Source: Deltaproteobacteria bacterium
Lineage (GTDB): Bacteria > Myxococcota_A > UBA9160 > SMWR01
Reading direction: 5' to 3'
Assembly (NCBI GenBank): GCA_032128375.1
Contig: JAQBGU010000062.1
Coordinates: 1-39,521 of the forward strand
DNA length: 39,521 nt
The notes below the pieces were generated by a model, which worked only from the letters and a program-made list of their open reading frames with translations, ran no database searches and was not told the origin of the DNA. Below are positions 36,881 to 39,521 of the stretch, piece after piece (position 1 is the stretch's first letter; the number at the start of each line of letters is the position of its first letter). Position numbers and translations under genes: made by a program.

Positions 36881-38055
36881 GATTTTTCTTCTGCACCATC
36901 TCGTTCGCTCTGTGCGTCGCCAGCACCGCGCAAGCACACGAAGGCGAAGACCACGCGGCGGCACCCGGCACCGACTCTGGAGCGGGTGCGATCAGCGGAC
37001 CCATCGAAGTCTCCGAAGTCGCGCAGCGGAATCTCGGGCTGACAGTCGGCGAGGTCGAGCTGAGGCCCGTCGAGACGACGCTGCGGGTCATCGGCGAGAT
37101 CCAAGGCGACCCCACGCGCTCGGGGACGGTATCGAGCCGCATTTCGGGTCGCGTCTCGGCCGTCTACGCCCAGGTCGGCGAACAGGTCGCCAAGGGCAAG
37201 CAGCTCGTCGAGGTCGAGAGCCTGCAACTCGGCGACCCGCCGCCACGCGTGCGCTATGGCTCGCCGGTGAGCGGGGTCGTGACCGACCGCCACGTCGTGG
37301 TCGGTGACGACGTGGAACCGAATCGGCATTTGTTGGAAGTCGTGGACCTGAGCGAGGTGTTGGCCATCGGTCGCGTCTTCGAAGGCCAGATCGGGCGGGT
37401 CTCGGTCGGCCAGAAGGTGCGCGTGCGCGTTCCGAGCTACCCCGACGAAATCTTCGAGGGAGTGGTCGAACGACTCGGGGGGAAGCTCGATCCCGACAGC
37501 CGATCACTCGCGGTCTACATTCGCGTGGGCAACGCCGACGAACGCCTTCGGCCCCACATGCGCGCCACGTTGAGCCTCGTCACGGGGGGTGCCGACCTCG
37601 CATTGGCGATCCCGAAATCGGCCGTTCTCGGTGAGAGCGGGAACCTGTATGCATTCGTGCAAGACGAGGAGAGCCCAGTGCGCTTCGAGCGGCGATCGCT
37701 CGTGGTTGGAGTGTCGAACGATCGCGTCGTCGAGGTGATCGAGGGGCTCTACCCGGGCGAGCGCGTCGTCGTGGAAGGGAACTACTCACTCCAGTACTTG
37801 ACTCCGGTCGCAACCAACGCCGACGCGAACGGCCAAGACCACAAGAGCGCGGGCACGGCGACTTCTGCGGAGCCGGAAGCACACGCGAATTCGGACAGCG
37901 ACGGGCATGCACACCCCGACGGCCAGCCGGCTTCCACTGCCTCTCTCTACTGGGTGCTGGGGGCAATCGGCGTCCTTGGACTCGTCGTGATGGTTGCGCG
38001 CCAGATGCAGGCACGCTCTCGCCCCGTTCGGAGGCGCCCGGGCGATGCTGAATAG
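36877..38055 (+). CDS. RND periplasmic adaptor (CzcB/CusB-like) with His-containing termini and a C-terminal TM segment
   Basis: ATGA overlap with tolC. VSSRISGRV, V.VGE.V.KG..L, SPVSGVV, LRPHM, IPKSAVL, GLYPGERVVVEG. Confidence 0.92.
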   Translation: MRFFFCTISFALCVASTAQAHEGEDHAAAPGTDSGAGAISGPIEVSEVAQRNLGLTVGEVELRPVETTLRVIGEIQGDPTRSGTVSSRISGRVSAVYAQVGEQVAKGKQLVEVESLQLGDPPPRVRYGSPVSGVVTDRHVVVGDDVEPNRHLLEVVDLSEVLAIGRVFEGQIGRVSVGQKVRVRVPSYPDEIFEGVVERLGGKLDPDSRSLAVYIRVGNADERLRPHMRATLSLVTGGADLALAIPKSAVLGESGNLYAFVQDEESPVRFERRSLVVGVSNDRVVEVIEGLYPGERVVVEGNYSLQYLTPVATNADANGQDHKSAGTATSAEPEAHANSDSDGHAHPDGQPASTASLYWVLGAIGVLGLVVMVARQMQARSRPVRRRPGDAE

Positions 38056-39507
38056 CCTGATCGAATTTTCGCTTCGAAACCGGCTGTTCGTGATCGCCAG
38101 CTCCGTGCTGGTCTTCGTCTACGGGATCGCTGTGATTCGCGACCTTCCCGTCGATGTCTTTCCCGACCTCAACCGCCCGCTCGTGACGATCTTGACGGAG
38201 GCACCCGGACTCGCACCCGAAGAGGTCGAAACGCTGGTCACATGGCCGCTCGAAACGGCGGTCAACGGAGCACCCGGTGTCATGCGCGTGCGGTCCAACT
38301 CGGGGATCGGGCTCTCGATCCTCTTCGTCGAATTCGATTGGGGGATGGACATCTACCGCGCGCGCCAGATCGTGCAGGAGCGTCTCCAGCTTGCAGCCGA
38401 AGAACTCCCCGAAGAGATCTCGCCCGTCATGGGTCCAATCTCTTCGATCATGGGCGAGATCCTGCTGATCGGTATTTCGACCCGGGACGGCACCACCCCG
38501 CCGCTCGAGCTGCGCAGCATCGCAGATTGGACGATCCGCCAGCGCCTGTTGACGATCCCGGGCGTCGCGCAAGTCATCCCGATCGGCGGCGGCGTCAAGC
38601 AATACCAGATCCTTGCGGACCCCGAGCGAATGACCGCCTACGGCGTCACCTTGGAGGAGGTTTTCGACGCGGCCGCCCGATCTCAGATCAACACGCCTGG
38701 CGGATTCCTGGTGGCTTCGTACCAGGAATCCCTGGTACGCAACATCGCGCGCACCGCCGACCTGGACCTGATTCGCGCCACCGTCGTCGCCGAGCGCGAC
38801 GGGGTCCCCGTCCGGCTCGAAGACGTGGCACACCTGAAGATCGACCACAACATCATGCGCGGCGACGCTGGGGTGGATGCACAGCCCGCCGTCATCATGT
38901 CTGTCAAGAAGCAGCCCGGCGTCGACACGATCGCCCTGACCAAGCGGGTGCGAGACGCACTCGCCGAGATCGGGCACGGTCTGCCACAAGACGTGAAGAT
39001 AAGCGTGCTCTTCGAGCAGGCGAACTTCATCGAATCGGCGATCGCCAACGTCGAGGAAGCGATTCGCGACGGGGCGATCATGGTCGTGATCATCCTCTTT
39101 CTGTTCCTGCTGAACGTGCGCACGACGCTGATCACGCTCACTGCCATTCCGCTCTCGTTCGTGGCGACGGCGATCTTCTTCCACTTCACGGACATCTCGA
39201 TCAACACCATGACACTCGGTGGTCTGGCCGTCGCGATCGGGATGGTGGTCGACGACGCCATCGCGGACGTCGAGAACGTCTTTCGCCGCCTGCGCGAGAA
39301 CCGGCACCTTGCGAAACCGCGCCCAGTGCTCCGGGTAATCGCCGAGGCCTCGACGGAGATTCGAAATTCGATTCTCTTTGCAACACTGCTCATCATCCTC
39401 GTGTTCGTTCCGCTCTTTGGGCTCGCGGGGATCGAGGGTCGGCTCTTCGCACCCATCGGTGTCGCGACGATCGTCGCGATGCTGGCGTCGTTCATCGTTT
39501 CGCTCAC
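38045..39507 (+). CDS. Heavy-metal efflux RND permease (CzcA/CusA family), 3'-truncated by the contig end
   Basis: MLNSLIEFSLRNR..LPVDVFPDLNRP..TEAPGLAPEEVETLVTWPLETAVNG, TM4 motif GMVVDDAIADVENV, GIEGRLFAP. No stop before the edge, so it is absent from the ORF track. Confidence 0.95.
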
Positions 39508-39521
39508 AAATCGGAAGAGCA
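39508..39521 (+). other. Probable Illumina adapter read-through
   Basis: aaatcggaagagca matches AGATCGGAAGAGCA at 13 of 14 positions, at the extreme end of the window. Confidence 0.8.

Noticed and set aside
37580..39307. 575-aa minus-strand ORF (also 38683-39507)
   Set aside because: Antisense shadow of the RND adaptor and permease genes, typical of high-GC codon bias.

Overview
High-GC bacterial sequence, probably a whole metagenomic contig: it has a low-complexity left edge and an Illumina-adapter-like right edge. Gene content suggests a Myxococcota-like lineage (inference only). Bases 1-24.5 kb are intact, densely packed genes: mutM-rqcH-mscS; a redox block (OYE, aldehyde:ferredoxin oxidoreductase, Zn-ADH, PTGR-like reductase, SDR, F420-LLM, crotonase); and an envelope block (three GT-C-type glycosyltransferases including a TMTC-like TPR protein, plus a membrane/spermidine-synthase-like fusion). 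Bases 24.5-35 kb are a mosaic of gene scraps (excisionase-like HTH, LanC-like, MscK N-terminus, BrxC-like, TolB-like, IS66, GNAT, PafA/Dop-like, ECF sigma). Among them are a few apparently intact genes: an SGNH-like protein, a direct-repeat-flanked nucleotidyltransferase gene pair and a BT1-type MFS, plus a Cys-rich repeat protein that is interrupted. Bases 35-39.5 kb are a CzcCBA/CusCBA-type metal efflux operon cut by the contig end. The best candidate for an undescribed system is in this operon. A His/Cys-rich secreted leader ORF stops 1 nt before a three-helix RNA junction that sequesters the Shine-Dalgarno of the TolC gene. The periplasmic adaptor also appears to lack the alpha-helical hairpin and to be anchored at its C-terminus. 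All family assignments come from motif recognition by eye; no database search was run.
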